DNA from: Desulfurococcales archaeon
Lineage (GTDB): Archaea; Thermoproteota; Thermoprotei_A; Sulfolobales; Desulfurococcaceae
DNA: 64,000 bases
Direction: 5' to 3'
NCBI GenBank assembly: GCA_027022365.1
Contig: JALVYU010000026.1
Location: 192,001-256,000 of the forward strand
A program made the position numbers and the translations under genes. Positions 17,159-28,017 of the stretch are shown in pieces. Below the pieces are notes generated by a model, which was given only the letters and a program-made list of their open reading frames with translations, did not search any database and was not told the origin of the DNA. Positions within the stretch are counted from its first letter, which is position 1. Every line of letters begins with the position of its first letter.

Positions 17159-18418
17159 ATGGGTGATACAATGAAGCTTATAGAAGCAACATTCAAGCCT
17201 GCCAAGGACAAAGTCATCGAAGGCGTAGAAGATACTGTGCCATTTATTCTATCGATCAAGGGAGTACATAGCGCATCACCACCAGTAGCCTTTCTCATAA
17301 TGATAGATGTCAGTTACTCGATGGACGGTGAAAAGATATTCAGGGCAAAACAGGCCGCGCTGAAAATTCTTGAGCTTATTCGTGACAAAGACTATGTCGG
17401 GGTATATGGGTTCTGCGGTAAAGTCAAAGAAGTACTAAAGCCAATACCCTTCACCGATAAGAAGCTCGTCGAGAAGGCCATTGTTTCGCTTAAACTAGAT
17501 AGTGGTACGAATATTTATGAAGCATTGAAAGTCTTAGCGGAGCAGGCTAGGAAGCTTGTAGAGTCAAAAACAGTATCTGCTGTTAGAGCAATATTCATCA
17601 CGGACGGAGAACCCACATCTGGGCCGAAGAAGCCCAAGAAAATACTCGAGATGGCAAGAAAGCTCCGTGAGGCTGGCGGGACAGCTCTAGTGATCGGTGT
17701 AGGCGATAAATATAATGAGAAACTGCTCCTAGATATTGCGCGTGCCGTTAACGGTGTATTCGAACATGCACAGGATCCGGAAGCACTTGAAAAAACCATG
17801 TACGAATACACGTCGATCGTAAGAGAGCTGTGTGCGAGAGAAATAGTCGCAACGTTTGTCTCATCACCGTACACTCGTGTGAATATCTATAATAGAGAAT
17901 CTATAACCATCGACAACGAGACCAGAGTAAACATTGGAGACATACATTATGGAGAGGTGATTGATGTAGTTGGCGAATTGCTCGTGGAGCCTATGGTTTC
18001 AGGCACACACGAGGCATTAACCATAACAATATCGTACATCAACCCAGAAACTGGTGAACAAGAATTCCTAAAACCAATCAAGTTCTCACTAAACATCATA
18101 GAGAGAAGCCGTGCTGGCGAAATAATGGTGGATAATACCGTAGAAGCAGAAGTAAGAGCCGTCAAGGCCGCACTGGCCCTGAGCGAGAATGTGGGTAAGA
18201 AGCCTAAGAAAGAGGAGATCGAGAAGCAGTTCGAAGAACTCGTAGAGGCTACACGTGTACTGGGCTCAAAGAACCTCGTGACAAGAACCATGAGTATAAA
18301 GGAGATGTTGAGCGAAGAAGGATTCACACCCGACGTAACCAAGGAGATGGCGAGTATAATATCAAAGATTTTATCTGGAAGAATCGAAAAAGAGAAAGAA
18401 GAAGGTGAAAAAGAATGA
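17159..18418 (+). CDS. von Willebrand factor A domain protein (ArnB-like)
   Basis: MIDAS motif DVSYSM, GTNIYEAL, FITDGEP. Confidence 0.85.
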   Translation: MGDTMKLIEATFKPAKDKVIEGVEDTVPFILSIKGVHSASPPVAFLIMIDVSYSMDGEKIFRAKQAALKILELIRDKDYVGVYGFCGKVKEVLKPIPFTDKKLVEKAIVSLKLDSGTNIYEALKVLAEQARKLVESKTVSAVRAIFITDGEPTSGPKKPKKILEMARKLREAGGTALVIGVGDKYNEKLLLDIARAVNGVFEHAQDPEALEKTMYEYTSIVRELCAREIVATFVSSPYTRVNIYNRESITIDNETRVNIGDIHYGEVIDVVGELLVEPMVSGTHEALTITISYINPETGEQEFLKPIKFSLNIIERSRAGEIMVDNTVEAEVRAVKAALALSENVGKKPKKEEIEKQFEELVEATRVLGSKNLVTRTMSIKEMLSEEGFTPDVTKEMASIISKILSGRIEKEKEEGEKE

Positions 18419-18765
18419 GCGAGGCAAAGGGAGAGAAGCCCAAATTACTAAAACTAACTGTCGTCAAGAGTAATTTCTTCATGCCGCAGAATCAATGGGT
18501 CTTAGAACCGGGAGAATACATTCTCGGAAGATATCCTACTAACGACATAGTAATTCCTGATCCGTATGTGTCTCGTCGCCACGCAAGAATATTCTTTAAA
18601 GAAGGAGAATGGTACATAGAAGACCTAGGTAGTACTAATGGTACACTTGTAAATAACGAAGATATTAAGGGAAAAGAACCTGTCAAGCTAGAGGATGGTT
18701 CAGAAATAGTTGTTGGTTTAACAATACTCGCAGTATCATTTGTTGAGAAAACAGAGGAAGAATAA
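18415..18765 (+). CDS. FHA domain protein (ArnA-like)
   Basis: LGR, VSRRHARI, DLGSTNGT. Confidence 0.9.
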   Translation: MSEAKGEKPKLLKLTVVKSNFFMPQNQWVLEPGEYILGRYPTNDIVIPDPYVSRRHARIFFKEGEWYIEDLGSTNGTLVNNEDIKGKEPVKLEDGSEIVVGLTILAVSFVEKTEEE

Positions 18766-18856
18766 ACAACTTAAACAACGATGTAGTTAAATAACATATT
18801 CAATGACAAGGTTGTATTTGGTTTTCATTATTTGTCAGTATACTGGTGGATGAGAA

Positions 18857-20452
18857 TTGGTTGATTTAAGGCCGTATTCAAGAATAGATGATTCAAGCAA
18901 TGTATTTGTAGATCCAGTAGTATTATCAACTATTTTACTTAAACAAAAAATGATTGTCGCTAATAAGAAGGCTAATTTAGCCCAATTCATAGACGAGTTA
19001 AAAACAAGAGCGATAAATGCTGCTAAAAATGAGCAAGTACTATACGTAACCGTGCGAGCCGCAGATTCATCCTGGAGAATAAGGCTTTTACTCTACTCTA
19101 CAAATATCGTTGGAATGATTTACGAGACTAGGGAAGGCACACAGATAGTAGGCGGTTTAGCTTATAGTAATTTCATAAAAGAGGTCTATCCTAGCAACCC
19201 AATGGTAAAATACAGTATGGGTGTGCTTCCAATAGATGAACTCCCTGATCAGCTGAAAGAGCATGTAATAAACTGTAGGCAGGAAAAATCAAGGGAAAAA
19301 CCCCCATATATTTGGCTCAATAAAATGATATATGATATATATATTGACAAGATATTGACTGAGAAAGGAGCCTACATGTATGTTCTCCTAGGCCGCGATA
19401 GATTCGGATATAGGTACGCGGTTAAAATACCGAGAGAAAAAACCATTGAGGGGAAACCACTAGCTGTTAGTAGTAGGTCGATGGGATTAAACGAGGTGCT
19501 CAAAGGAGTCTTCAATTCCCTAGAAGTAGCCCACTCTAATAGGCAGGGTATACGCGAATCATTAATGCTCAGAGGATACGATGAAGCGCTCGCCGATAAA
19601 CTGCTTGTCTATAGGAAATACATACTATATCCGAAAGCGATTATAGTGTTAAGAGATATTTATACAGAAGATGAATATATGTCGAGCCCGCCAATAGTGA
19701 TCGAGGATTATGCTGATCTAGGAGACCTGGATGGCAGGATCAAAAAATACAAGATCGATCCGAGAGAAGTAGCCTTTATAGCGATACGTACATCTGGCGC
19801 TCTAGGATTGATACACGCGAATCATTATGTACACATGGATATTAAGCCTCAGAACATACTGTTAAGGGAAGACGATGGAGAACCTTATGGGTACGCCCCA
19901 CTAATAAGTGATTTCGTTGGAACACCGCATTTGTTCAACGAAACCATAGAGTTAAAGAAGTCGACGCCAGAATATGCTGATCCTCTAGCCCTGATAAGAG
20001 GAAAGGCTGGATACAATTACGATGTATACAGCTTAGGGCTGACATTATTCTATGCCGCTACACGCCAGAAGCTTAAGACAAGGATCCTTGTAAACCTATT
20101 GATACTTAAAAACCTCTACGGCACGCCTGTCCCTCTAAGAGTATTTTTGATCGAAAACCCAGATCTAGTTCAAATACATAGAAGGCTCGAAGTAATTCTG
20201 CGCAACTATACTAGCTCAACCAGAAAATCACCACCAGAAGAACTAATGTCAAACATATTATCCATAATAGGAGATCATGATGCAAATGCTGTCAAAACTA
20301 TACGTAAGAAATTACCTGATAGACTAGTCAAAGTGATTCTTAAAGCGATAACATTAGATGAGCAAAAAAGATATCAAGATGCTATCGCTATGTGGAACGA
20401 TCTAATGTCTGCTCTTGTTGAGCTAGGATATACAAACCTTATACCGAAATAG
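18857..20452 (+). CDS. Hanks-type Ser/Thr protein kinase
   Basis: YAVKIP, HMDIKPQNILL, ISDFVG (DFG variant), TPEYADP, DVYSLG. Confidence 0.85.
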   Translation: MVDLRPYSRIDDSSNVFVDPVVLSTILLKQKMIVANKKANLAQFIDELKTRAINAAKNEQVLYVTVRAADSSWRIRLLLYSTNIVGMIYETREGTQIVGGLAYSNFIKEVYPSNPMVKYSMGVLPIDELPDQLKEHVINCRQEKSREKPPYIWLNKMIYDIYIDKILTEKGAYMYVLLGRDRFGYRYAVKIPREKTIEGKPLAVSSRSMGLNEVLKGVFNSLEVAHSNRQGIRESLMLRGYDEALADKLLVYRKYILYPKAIIVLRDIYTEDEYMSSPPIVIEDYADLGDLDGRIKKYKIDPREVAFIAIRTSGALGLIHANHYVHMDIKPQNILLREDDGEPYGYAPLISDFVGTPHLFNETIELKKSTPEYADPLALIRGKAGYNYDVYSLGLTLFYAATRQKLKTRILVNLLILKNLYGTPVPLRVFLIENPDLVQIHRRLEVILRNYTSSTRKSPPEELMSNILSIIGDHDANAVKTIRKKLPDRLVKVILKAITLDEQKRYQDAIAMWNDLMSALVELGYTNLIPK

Positions 20453-20800
20453 CTGTTGTAGTTACCCAGATGTTTTACATCAAGTTCTTTTACTCATCTA
20501 TTTTTCATTAGAACCAATATGTTTTCGTCTTTACGATAATGTTGTCTTGGACAATGATTCACAATAACGTGTATTCTGTTTATATTTTAGTATTGATCAT
20601 TATATGCTTGGAACATTATCTTTGCTAATACGTATACATGGTACTGTTTATAGAATACATACTATTTAACGTCAATACAGTGATGTAAAATAATTGTAGG
20701 TAGAATATAACAGGTTTTATTAAACCAATATAAATCTGTAAAAAAGAAATAATTAATTGTATTTATTAGTATATATTATATGGACACAGGGTGACCAATA

Positions 20801-21832
20801 GTGGTAGAGAAAAGAAAGATACAGAAAACGGGTTCTTCCTCATATATCGTTACATTACCAAAAGAATGGATAGATATGATGGGACTAAAATCAGGTGATT
20901 ACGTACTAATATATGAGCATGAGGGTAAACTAATAATTACTTCTCCTAAAGCGGAGGCTAGACAACTGAGCGGAGAGATCCATATCAAAGAGGATATCGA
21001 TAACCAGGAAATATTCCGTGTACTCGTCGCGATGTACCTCGCTGGCTATGACAACATAGCTGTAACGTTCTCATCTAACATTCCTAATCTGGCGCGACGG
21101 ATAAGCGAGCTCAAGAATATGGCAAGGATCAAGCTTGCCGGTATAGAGGTTGTCGACGAAACCTATAATTCAATATCATTTAAGATACTCCTTGACCTAA
21201 AGGAGCTACCGCTCATTAGAGCGATAAGGAGGCTACACTTGATAGTTAACGGCATGCTCAACGATGCTCTAAATGCGTTCATAAAGAAAGACAAGGAACT
21301 GGCTGCTGCGGTAATACAACGTGATGATGAAGCAGATAGGTTTCACTTCATGATCGTTAGACAGTTAGCCCTAGCACTACTTGATATCAAGATAATGTAT
21401 GAGCTCGGAATCTCGAACCCCGTTGAGGCAATCAACTATAGAATAGTCGTTAGAAACCTCGAGAGAATAGCTGATCATGCCGTAAATATAGCTAAGAGGA
21501 TCAAGCACATGCCCGAGGATTGCGTCTTATGCCAGGAAACCTATGAGCTCGGTCAGAGAATAATCAGTACTTTCAACAACGCAATGGATAACCTATACAA
21601 ATTAGGGAGAAAGAAGGCGGAAGAGGTGATCAGAGATGCGCAGAAAATAGTCGGTGAGATAGAGGATGTATTACTGAACAAGATCCTCTTAGGAAACATA
21701 AGTGATCAAGAGAAAATAGTCTTAACACTAATCTACGATAGTCTACGGAGAATCACAAGATATAGTAGCGGAATAGCCGAAGCTACTCTAAACATCAAAG
21801 TTAACAAGAACAACATCATAGATATTAAATAA
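20801..21832 (+). CDS. AbrB-PhoU phosphate uptake regulator
   Basis: RKIQKTGSSSYIVTLPKEW N-terminus; PhoU repeats (DDEADR, LERIADHAVNIA). Confidence 0.85.
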   Translation: MVEKRKIQKTGSSSYIVTLPKEWIDMMGLKSGDYVLIYEHEGKLIITSPKAEARQLSGEIHIKEDIDNQEIFRVLVAMYLAGYDNIAVTFSSNIPNLARRISELKNMARIKLAGIEVVDETYNSISFKILLDLKELPLIRAIRRLHLIVNGMLNDALNAFIKKDKELAAAVIQRDDEADRFHFMIVRQLALALLDIKIMYELGISNPVEAINYRIVVRNLERIADHAVNIAKRIKHMPEDCVLCQETYELGQRIISTFNNAMDNLYKLGRKKAEEVIRDAQKIVGEIEDVLLNKILLGNISDQEKIVLTLIYDSLRRITRYSSGIAEATLNIKVNKNNIIDIK

Positions 21833-21865
21833 GTTAAATTAGGAGCAATACAATAAACTCTATAC

Positions 21866-21931
21866 GAGTGCCCCGGAGCCTACGCAACGCCCCCGAGTAC
21901 CGGGGGAGTATGAGCGTAGGACGGGTCACTC
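21866..21931. other. GC-rich multi-segment hairpin, candidate structured RNA
   Basis: Nested stems GAGTG/CACTC, CCTACGC/GCGTAGG and CCCCCG/CGGGGG in an AT-rich convergent intergenic region. Confidence 0.5.
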
Positions 21932-22074
21932 CCGGCCATAACAACATGTCGCATTGTCTGAATTCTAGTAGATTCTTATTATGATATAAAAGCAGCAGGC
22001 ATGATAAGTTATTAAGAATTAAAAAATAATGAATAAGTGGTAGCTATGCGTTCGCCTTTTCCAGAAAAGAATGA

Positions 22075-22353
22075 TCATTCTTTTCTTGCAGGTATATAGG
22101 TTCTCTTCTCCGGGGGTTCAAGTTCATCCATGTTTCTAAGAGCTTCAAGGTAAGAATCATAGTCGTCGGTAGGCAGTAGTTTCCTAACCCTAATATATGA
22201 TTCTATTAGTTCGTCAGGGATATTATCCAGCCTACCAAACAGATGAGTGTATCCCTGGTTCCTAAGCCATTCCATAAAGTCTTCTTCGAGGCCCGCATCG
22301 ACTATTAATTTGACAAGCTCGTATTTTTCAGAAGGGCTCAACTTGGGCGTCAT
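22075..22353 (-). CDS. hypothetical protein
   Basis: ORF with plausible composition. Confidence 0.6.
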   Translation of the reverse strand: MTPKLSPSEKYELVKLIVDAGLEEDFMEWLRNQGYTHLFGRLDNIPDELIESYIRVRKLLPTDDYDSYLEALRNMDELEPPEKRTYIPARKE

Positions 22354-22431
22354 AGAAGAATCCCTGCGAGGAATCCTGTGCCGAAAATAGTTTTGTCGCC
22401 GGCCCTAATTAAGGCTTAGGTTTACGGATCC

Positions 22432-23646
22432 TTATTCTTCCTCTTCTTCTATGCCCTCGTATTCAATGTTCAGAGACTCAAGTTTTTCTATAAGATTGGC
22501 CTCGGTTCCTGAATAGTATTTTATTAGGAGTGTATCACCGGGTTTAACTATGGTATTAGGTTTAGGCATGGGTATTATCTTGTTGTTTCTATAAAGAGCT
22601 ATCACGAGAACGCCTAGGTCGTCCAATGCAAGAGATTCTAGTGTTCTTTCCTTGAATCCTTCAGGGATCTTCAGTCTTGCTACTTGTTCTACGCTTTCTT
22701 CCTCTACCCTCCTAACAATAGGATGGATCGGTAGGTTTGACGCCAATGGCACTATTAGTTCTGTCGCTGCATCAGCTATGTTTTCCATAGATGTTACGAA
22801 GCTCATGAGGCCGGCCTTTTCTTCAGGCTCGCCATTGTACTCGGATAATATGTATAGGATCATTTTGTACGCCAGGTCGTCAACGACCTCTTCAAGATTT
22901 AGTACTTCGTTGGCGGCGATTTTATCGTTATTTACTATTGCGTGGAACGCTAGATCAATCATGACGTCAGAGATATTCTTGAGATAAGCTATTTTCTTAG
23001 CTAGTTTTTCCTCTACAACATTAGTGCTTGGTTTCCTAAGAGCGATTTCATCGCCCAACATCTTTGCAACTAGGCTTAGAGAATCGAAGGTTCCCCGCAC
23101 GATCAATATGTCGCCGACCTTGATCTCCGTGTCCTCGTCAGGGTTTATGATCCAGTGATCCTCTCTCCTGATAGCGATTATGTTGAAGCCTGTCATCATC
23201 TCATACAGTCTGTCTATGCTAAAGCCTTCGTAGGCTTTGTTCTTAACGATTATTCTCGCAATAACTTCCTCGGACTCGAGAAGCGCTGCGCGTACTTGTT
23301 CACTAATTCCTGTACCTCTCAATACGAGCATGGCTATATCAGCTGCCGAATCACTTAATTTATCGAGGGCATTTGCCATCCTATACACGCTTACCATCTC
23401 CTCGGCGTCACGCACTGTTTTGACGGCAAGGCTTGCCTGCATTACCAGGAGGCTCCAAGCGGCATCTAGTTTGTCTTCTACACGCTGTACTTCATAGGCA
23501 AGGCTAGAGTCATTCACTACTACTGAGTAGTAGGCTAGATCGACCATTAGTCTCGAGTACTCGCTCATATCGGTTAATAGTTCATATACAGGTATGGGTT
23601 CGTACTTGACTTGCCTTGGCGCCTTTATAGGCAATATCTTCTTCAC
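22432..23646 (-). CDS. PhoU / TrkA-C (RCK_C) domain protein
   Basis: Duplicated PhoU-like helices (MVDLAYYS, MIDLAFHA) and TrkA-C segments (IIAIRR...INPDEDTEIKVGDILIVRG). Confidence 0.8.
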   Translation of the reverse strand: MKKILPIKAPRQVKYEPIPVYELLTDMSEYSRLMVDLAYYSVVVNDSSLAYEVQRVEDKLDAAWSLLVMQASLAVKTVRDAEEMVSVYRMANALDKLSDSAADIAMLVLRGTGISEQVRAALLESEEVIARIIVKNKAYEGFSIDRLYEMMTGFNIIAIRREDHWIINPDEDTEIKVGDILIVRGTFDSLSLVAKMLGDEIALRKPSTNVVEEKLAKKIAYLKNISDVMIDLAFHAIVNNDKIAANEVLNLEEVVDDLAYKMILYILSEYNGEPEEKAGLMSFVTSMENIADAATELIVPLASNLPIHPIVRRVEEESVEQVARLKIPEGFKERTLESLALDDLGVLVIALYRNNKIIPMPKPNTIVKPGDTLLIKYYSGTEANLIEKLESLNIEYEGIEEEEE

Positions 23647-23695
23647 CTAATAGTGGAGGGGATTAATGTTCAGAATACATGAATTATTGACTGGA

Positions 23696-24946
23696 TTAAT
23701 AAATCCTATATCTTAGTATGCCTACTATGCCCCCGAAGGTCTTCTTAAGCCATGCTCCCTCCGGTATATCGTCGCTCAAATAAACTGGTTTGGCACCAAA
23801 TTTCTTCGCGAGCTCAGCCCACTCCAGAGCATCCGCTCTGCTCTCATCGATTATCAGTGTCTTGACAGCTCCCATTTGAAGTGCTTGCCTAACTTCATCC
23901 TCACCATAAATAATAAGGCCGTCGTCCTTCGCCATGTGGAGCTTGAACTCCTCGACAGCCTTTAGTGCATCAACATATTCTTGTTCTTTCAAAATATCCG
24001 CAGCCTTCATGATCATCTCTCTAAGCCCTACCTCACCCTGATAACCAACATCGATTAGTCTCGGTAGCACGATCTGCTTGAGCCTATAATCTAGATAATT
24101 TCCTTCTAGGAAATCGTATTTACTATAGGCTGGGCCACCGATAAGTATCGCTTTTAGTTTTCCTTGCTCGAGAAGTGGTAGGAAATGCTTCTTGGCATGC
24201 TCAGCAACTCTTTTGTAAAACTCGTCTACAAGTTGCTCTATTATACGGTCAAAACGTCGCTGACTCTGACCGCCCCTGTGGTGTTTGCCTGGGATATAGG
24301 CTTCTAGTTCTTCGAGGACTTCGAGTCTACTGCCTTTAAGCAGTCCAAGTGTTGCTGCGTCTCTCTCGACAAGTATTAGTCCGACAAGATTTGACTCTAG
24401 CACCATTTCTTCTAGGAATTCTGTGTGGAACTCCTTGTCGGTTCTATAGTAGTATACGGGCACTTTCTCAGGCGGTATGAGCATTATACATATGAAGTCA
24501 CCGGTATTCATGTCCTCTCCACAAAACAGTGCCAATCCCTTATCAGGTATCTTTGGAACCTTGCTGAGTCTCTCGATGGCTGCCGATAGTGCTCTCTGGA
24601 CGGCGTTTCGTGTTTTCTTCAATTTGATGTTATCAGTAATAGAAAGCTCTTGTCGCAGCATGTTCAGTACGTCGCTTACAGGTCTTCCCGGAGGAATATA
24701 CAGGCTCAACAATACAGTCGCGGGTGCACGCCATTTCTTGAGCTCATTAATTATGTTTTTCAGCTGCCTCCGATCAACACGGAGCGACTGGAGCTTCTCC
24801 TCACTATAGCTAAAAACCCACCCCTCATACACCTCTCTCACGCATAATTCATTAACTCGTGGATGTTGAAACTCTATTATATAGGTTTGGAACAGGTGAT
24901 AGCATTGCGTGTAGTAAAAACACCGTTTTGGCGTCCGAGCGAGCAA
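23696..24946 (-). CDS. prf1: peptide chain release factor aRF1 (true start probably about 40 codons downstream)
   Basis: NIKL, GKHHRGGQSQRRF, FGGIVGILRY. Confidence 0.95.
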   Translation of the reverse strand: MLARTPKRCFYYTQCYHLFQTYIIEFQHPRVNELCVREVYEGWVFSYSEEKLQSLRVDRRQLKNIINELKKWRAPATVLLSLYIPPGRPVSDVLNMLRQELSITDNIKLKKTRNAVQRALSAAIERLSKVPKIPDKGLALFCGEDMNTGDFICIMLIPPEKVPVYYYRTDKEFHTEFLEEMVLESNLVGLILVERDAATLGLLKGSRLEVLEELEAYIPGKHHRGGQSQRRFDRIIEQLVDEFYKRVAEHAKKHFLPLLEQGKLKAILIGGPAYSKYDFLEGNYLDYRLKQIVLPRLIDVGYQGEVGLREMIMKAADILKEQEYVDALKAVEEFKLHMAKDDGLIIYGEDEVRQALQMGAVKTLIIDESRADALEWAELAKKFGAKPVYLSDDIPEGAWLKKTFGGIVGILRYRIY

Positions 24947-25549
24947 GTTGTTGAGGAAGCATACAGGGCAATAAGAAGTGGATGGCTTGTTGTAGGTCCG
25001 ACGGATACCGTATACGGTATTTTCAGCGATGTATATAATGATGAATACGTGGAGAAGGTTTTCCTTGTTAAGCGTAGAGAAAAAACTAAGCCCTTACCTG
25101 TACTAGCATCTAGCATAGCGGCTGTTGAAGAGATCGTTGAGATGAATAACAAGTTAAGAGCATTTCTCACAGCGGTCTGGCCTGGCCCGATAACGATTGT
25201 TTTCAACGATATTGATTGTAATATATTCTCTAGTCTTGTGTGTAGGAATAATAGTGTAGCTCTACGTGTTCCTGCAGCGCCTTTTCCGCGAAAACTAGCA
25301 GAAATGAATGGAGGATTCATAACAGGGTCAAGTGCTAATATTTCCGGCGAGCCGTCCCCCTTGAACATTGAGGAAGCCATACATTATTTCAACGGGGACG
25401 TGCAGATATATGTGGATTCAGGCGAGACACCACTTAAAGCACCGTCAACAATTGTTAGTATAAATGACCGGGAATTATCCCTAATCAGACAAGGAGCCGT
25501 AGATTACGTTATCATATCGAGAATCTACCGTAGAATAATGAGTGGTTGA
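24863..25549 (+). CDS. threonylcarbamoyl-AMP synthase (Sua5/TsaC)
   Basis: PTDTVYG, KRR..KPL, WPGPIT, SSANISG, PSTIV. Confidence 0.9.
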   Translation: MLKLYYIGLEQVIALRVVKTPFWRPSEQVVEEAYRAIRSGWLVVGPTDTVYGIFSDVYNDEYVEKVFLVKRREKTKPLPVLASSIAAVEEIVEMNNKLRAFLTAVWPGPITIVFNDIDCNIFSSLVCRNNSVALRVPAAPFPRKLAEMNGGFITGSSANISGEPSPLNIEEAIHYFNGDVQIYVDSGETPLKAPSTIVSINDRELSLIRQGAVDYVIISRIYRRIMSG

Positions 25550-26523
25550 GATTGAATATTCAGGAAATAAAGATCTCCAAGAAAACAATAGTACTTGTTA
25601 TTCTTGTTGTTACTACAGTTATGATAGCCTATAATGTTATTACAGAAGGGATGAAACCGCCAATCATAGATCCGCTTAATCTTCTCCTAGCCTTTATTGT
25701 ATTCTTCGGGGCTTGGCTGGTCTCAGCTATTAGATTAAGAACCATACACGCCAGCCTCGATCCCGAGAAGAAGCTTCCGCTGAAAGAATACTTATACGCA
25801 AGATTGCTAGGCGGGTTAATGGCATATATAACGCCGTCTGCAATAGGGGGAGAGCCCGCTCGTGCATATTATTTATCATACAAGTGTCATGAACGGTTCT
25901 CAAAATACTTCGCCCTAGTCATATACGAGGTTCTATACGATGTATTCGTTACATCAATAGGTGCTGTAGTATTTAGCCTATTCTACCTGCCATTAACGAT
26001 ACCTATAATCATCGTGGGAATAGCAAACACGAGTTTTTGGGGAACGATGTACCTCTTACTCGAAAACATGATTGATCCCGATAACGCGCCGCGCATCATA
26101 AGATTTGTGGTTAGAATAGTCAACGACCAGCTCAGTAAACGATTAGGCGATTCCTACACATCTTTTGCCTCATCTTTTAAGACGATTGTTTCAAGAATGA
26201 ATATTACCAGAAGATTCGTTGTTTGTGCCTTAACAATTGTTTTTCAAATACTATTTGGTATCACGATCTATTTATTGGGCTTCAATGTTTACAACGTAAA
26301 CGTTGTGAGAGCTATAGTTGCTTATTTTCTAGCAATAACAGCTAGCGCTCTCCCTACACCCGGCGGAGCTGGTACCATGGAATATGGTTTATCTATAACT
26401 CTTCCTCCAGGACTAGTTATTCTTTCACGCTCATTCATATATTATACGACCGTAATTATGGGGATTATTATCTTATACCATAGCGGTATAAGAGAAATTA
26501 TTGAAAGAAACAGCGGGTCTTAA
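25546..26523 (+). CDS. LPG-synthase TM / flippase-like membrane protein (UPF0104)
   Basis: TPSAIGGEPAR, PTPGGAGTME; multiple TM helices. Confidence 0.75.
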   Translation: MRLNIQEIKISKKTIVLVILVVTTVMIAYNVITEGMKPPIIDPLNLLLAFIVFFGAWLVSAIRLRTIHASLDPEKKLPLKEYLYARLLGGLMAYITPSAIGGEPARAYYLSYKCHERFSKYFALVIYEVLYDVFVTSIGAVVFSLFYLPLTIPIIIVGIANTSFWGTMYLLLENMIDPDNAPRIIRFVVRIVNDQLSKRLGDSYTSFASSFKTIVSRMNITRRFVVCALTIVFQILFGITIYLLGFNVYNVNVVRAIVAYFLAITASALPTPGGAGTMEYGLSITLPPGLVILSRSFIYYTTVIMGIIILYHSGIREIIERNSGS

Positions 26524-26592
26524 CAAGTTTGCATAAAATATTTTTAATTAATCAATACAAATAGTGTTTGAAATAAAATGAGTTGATATAAA

Positions 26593-27213
26593 ATGTTAAG
26601 TCAGATTTATGCTAATAGTAGTATTGTTCTACTGAATTTGTCGGGATTTGATCTTGTTGTGACTCCGGAAGTGGAAAACTTTATTCCAGAGTTTTGGCAC
26701 ACGAAAAAGACTGATGAATGGCAATACATAATACTCCCAAGGAGATCGGTCAGCTTTCTCCAAGTATTCAAGATACTGTCAGACAATTGTTCAGGTAAAC
26801 TTTGTTATTCACGAATATTCTTCTACGAACTACGAGATAGACCCGTGGATTTAGTCTTAGAACCCATAGATACTAAGACATTCATTATATATGGTTCGAA
26901 TCCCCCATTTCCACGAATAGTTAGAAGAATACTTGCTAATCCTAAGTATAGCAATACAGTTATATTTATCGCTAAATTCAATGAGACAAAATATGATAAA
27001 TACAGGAAATCTACGGCAATAGCTCGCCGCATATTCATGGAATTATCGCCACTAACAATCAGTAGAGGACTAGGCAGGTTATTGGGTGTAAAACTTGAAA
27101 ACATAAGTGGTCGCATGAAAGTAACCCTATGCGTTAGCAGGGAAGGAATAAAATCTACCGAGACTATGGGAGGAGTATTAGTTGATATAAGAAGTATAAA
27201 CCAGTGTCTTTAA
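26593..27213 (+). CDS. hypothetical protein
   Basis: Long clean ORF. Confidence 0.6.
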   Translation: MLSQIYANSSIVLLNLSGFDLVVTPEVENFIPEFWHTKKTDEWQYIILPRRSVSFLQVFKILSDNCSGKLCYSRIFFYELRDRPVDLVLEPIDTKTFIIYGSNPPFPRIVRRILANPKYSNTVIFIAKFNETKYDKYRKSTAIARRIFMELSPLTISRGLGRLLGVKLENISGRMKVTLCVSREGIKSTETMGGVLVDIRSINQCL

Positions 27214-27307
27214 TACAGGGCCCTACAAGTTTTATTCTCAGCCCTATCCATTATCACACGGGTTCACGACTACTTTATCAGTATTACTGATTAAAGGTGT
27301 CTAGTTT

Positions 27308-27601
27308 ATGAAGGAAATAAACATTGTTTTACATACCACTAGAACAAGTCAAGGAATAGTACTAGATAACATAGTTGGATTCACGGTTGAATTACTTAGG
27401 AAAATATATGGTTTACCCGTCGTCTATAGTGTTCTTTATGATAATCCCGATATACCTTACTTAATTGTAGACAATATGCCTCCGCTCTATCTTTATGAAC
27501 AGCCTGAAATCGACACCCTGATCAATATAGTGAGAGCCGTATATGATATATATAGCATTGAGACAATACATAATGAGAGACTCGTACCAAGTGAGATCTA
27601 G
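27308..27601 (+). CDS. hypothetical protein
   Basis: ORF with GGTG RBS. Confidence 0.55.
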   Translation: MKEINIVLHTTRTSQGIVLDNIVGFTVELLRKIYGLPVVYSVLYDNPDIPYLIVDNMPPLYLYEQPEIDTLINIVRAVYDIYSIETIHNERLVPSEI

Positions 27602-27618
27602 CTGGAAACTATCCGCAA

Positions 27619-28017
27619 TTATACGAGTTCCATATTAGCGCCTATCTCGTAGAACGGGCATTTATCCCAATAAAGGGCGCATTTCTTGACAGCGCTTCTA
27701 GTTATGTATCTTTCAGTTATGTAACAATAGGCTACATACATGTTATCGCCGGCTTTTACCAATTTATAAAACGGGCAGTCCGAGTCTACAGGCTCCGACA
27801 ACACGTGGACCAACGGATAATAGCCTCTACGGATCTCAACACCTAAAGCCTCTGCAAGTCCTTCTTCAGGGCCGGGCTTCTCATATAGTGGGCATGAAGT
27901 GAATTTATTTGTTAGACAAATGTCTTCAACTACAGGCTCGGGTGAAGGACTGCCATATTTTGCAATTGCTCTCTTACTGTAACACAATCCACTATTGTAC
28001 CAAGGGCACTTAGGCAA
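27619..28017 (-). CDS. Cys-rich putative metal-binding protein with internal repeat
   Basis: CPWY..C, C...CPLY, CPFY..C, C...CPFY. Confidence 0.6.
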   Translation of the reverse strand: MPKCPWYNSGLCYSKRAIAKYGSPSPEPVVEDICLTNKFTSCPLYEKPGPEEGLAEALGVEIRRGYYPLVHVLSEPVDSDCPFYKLVKAGDNMYVAYCYITERYITRSAVKKCALYWDKCPFYEIGANMELV

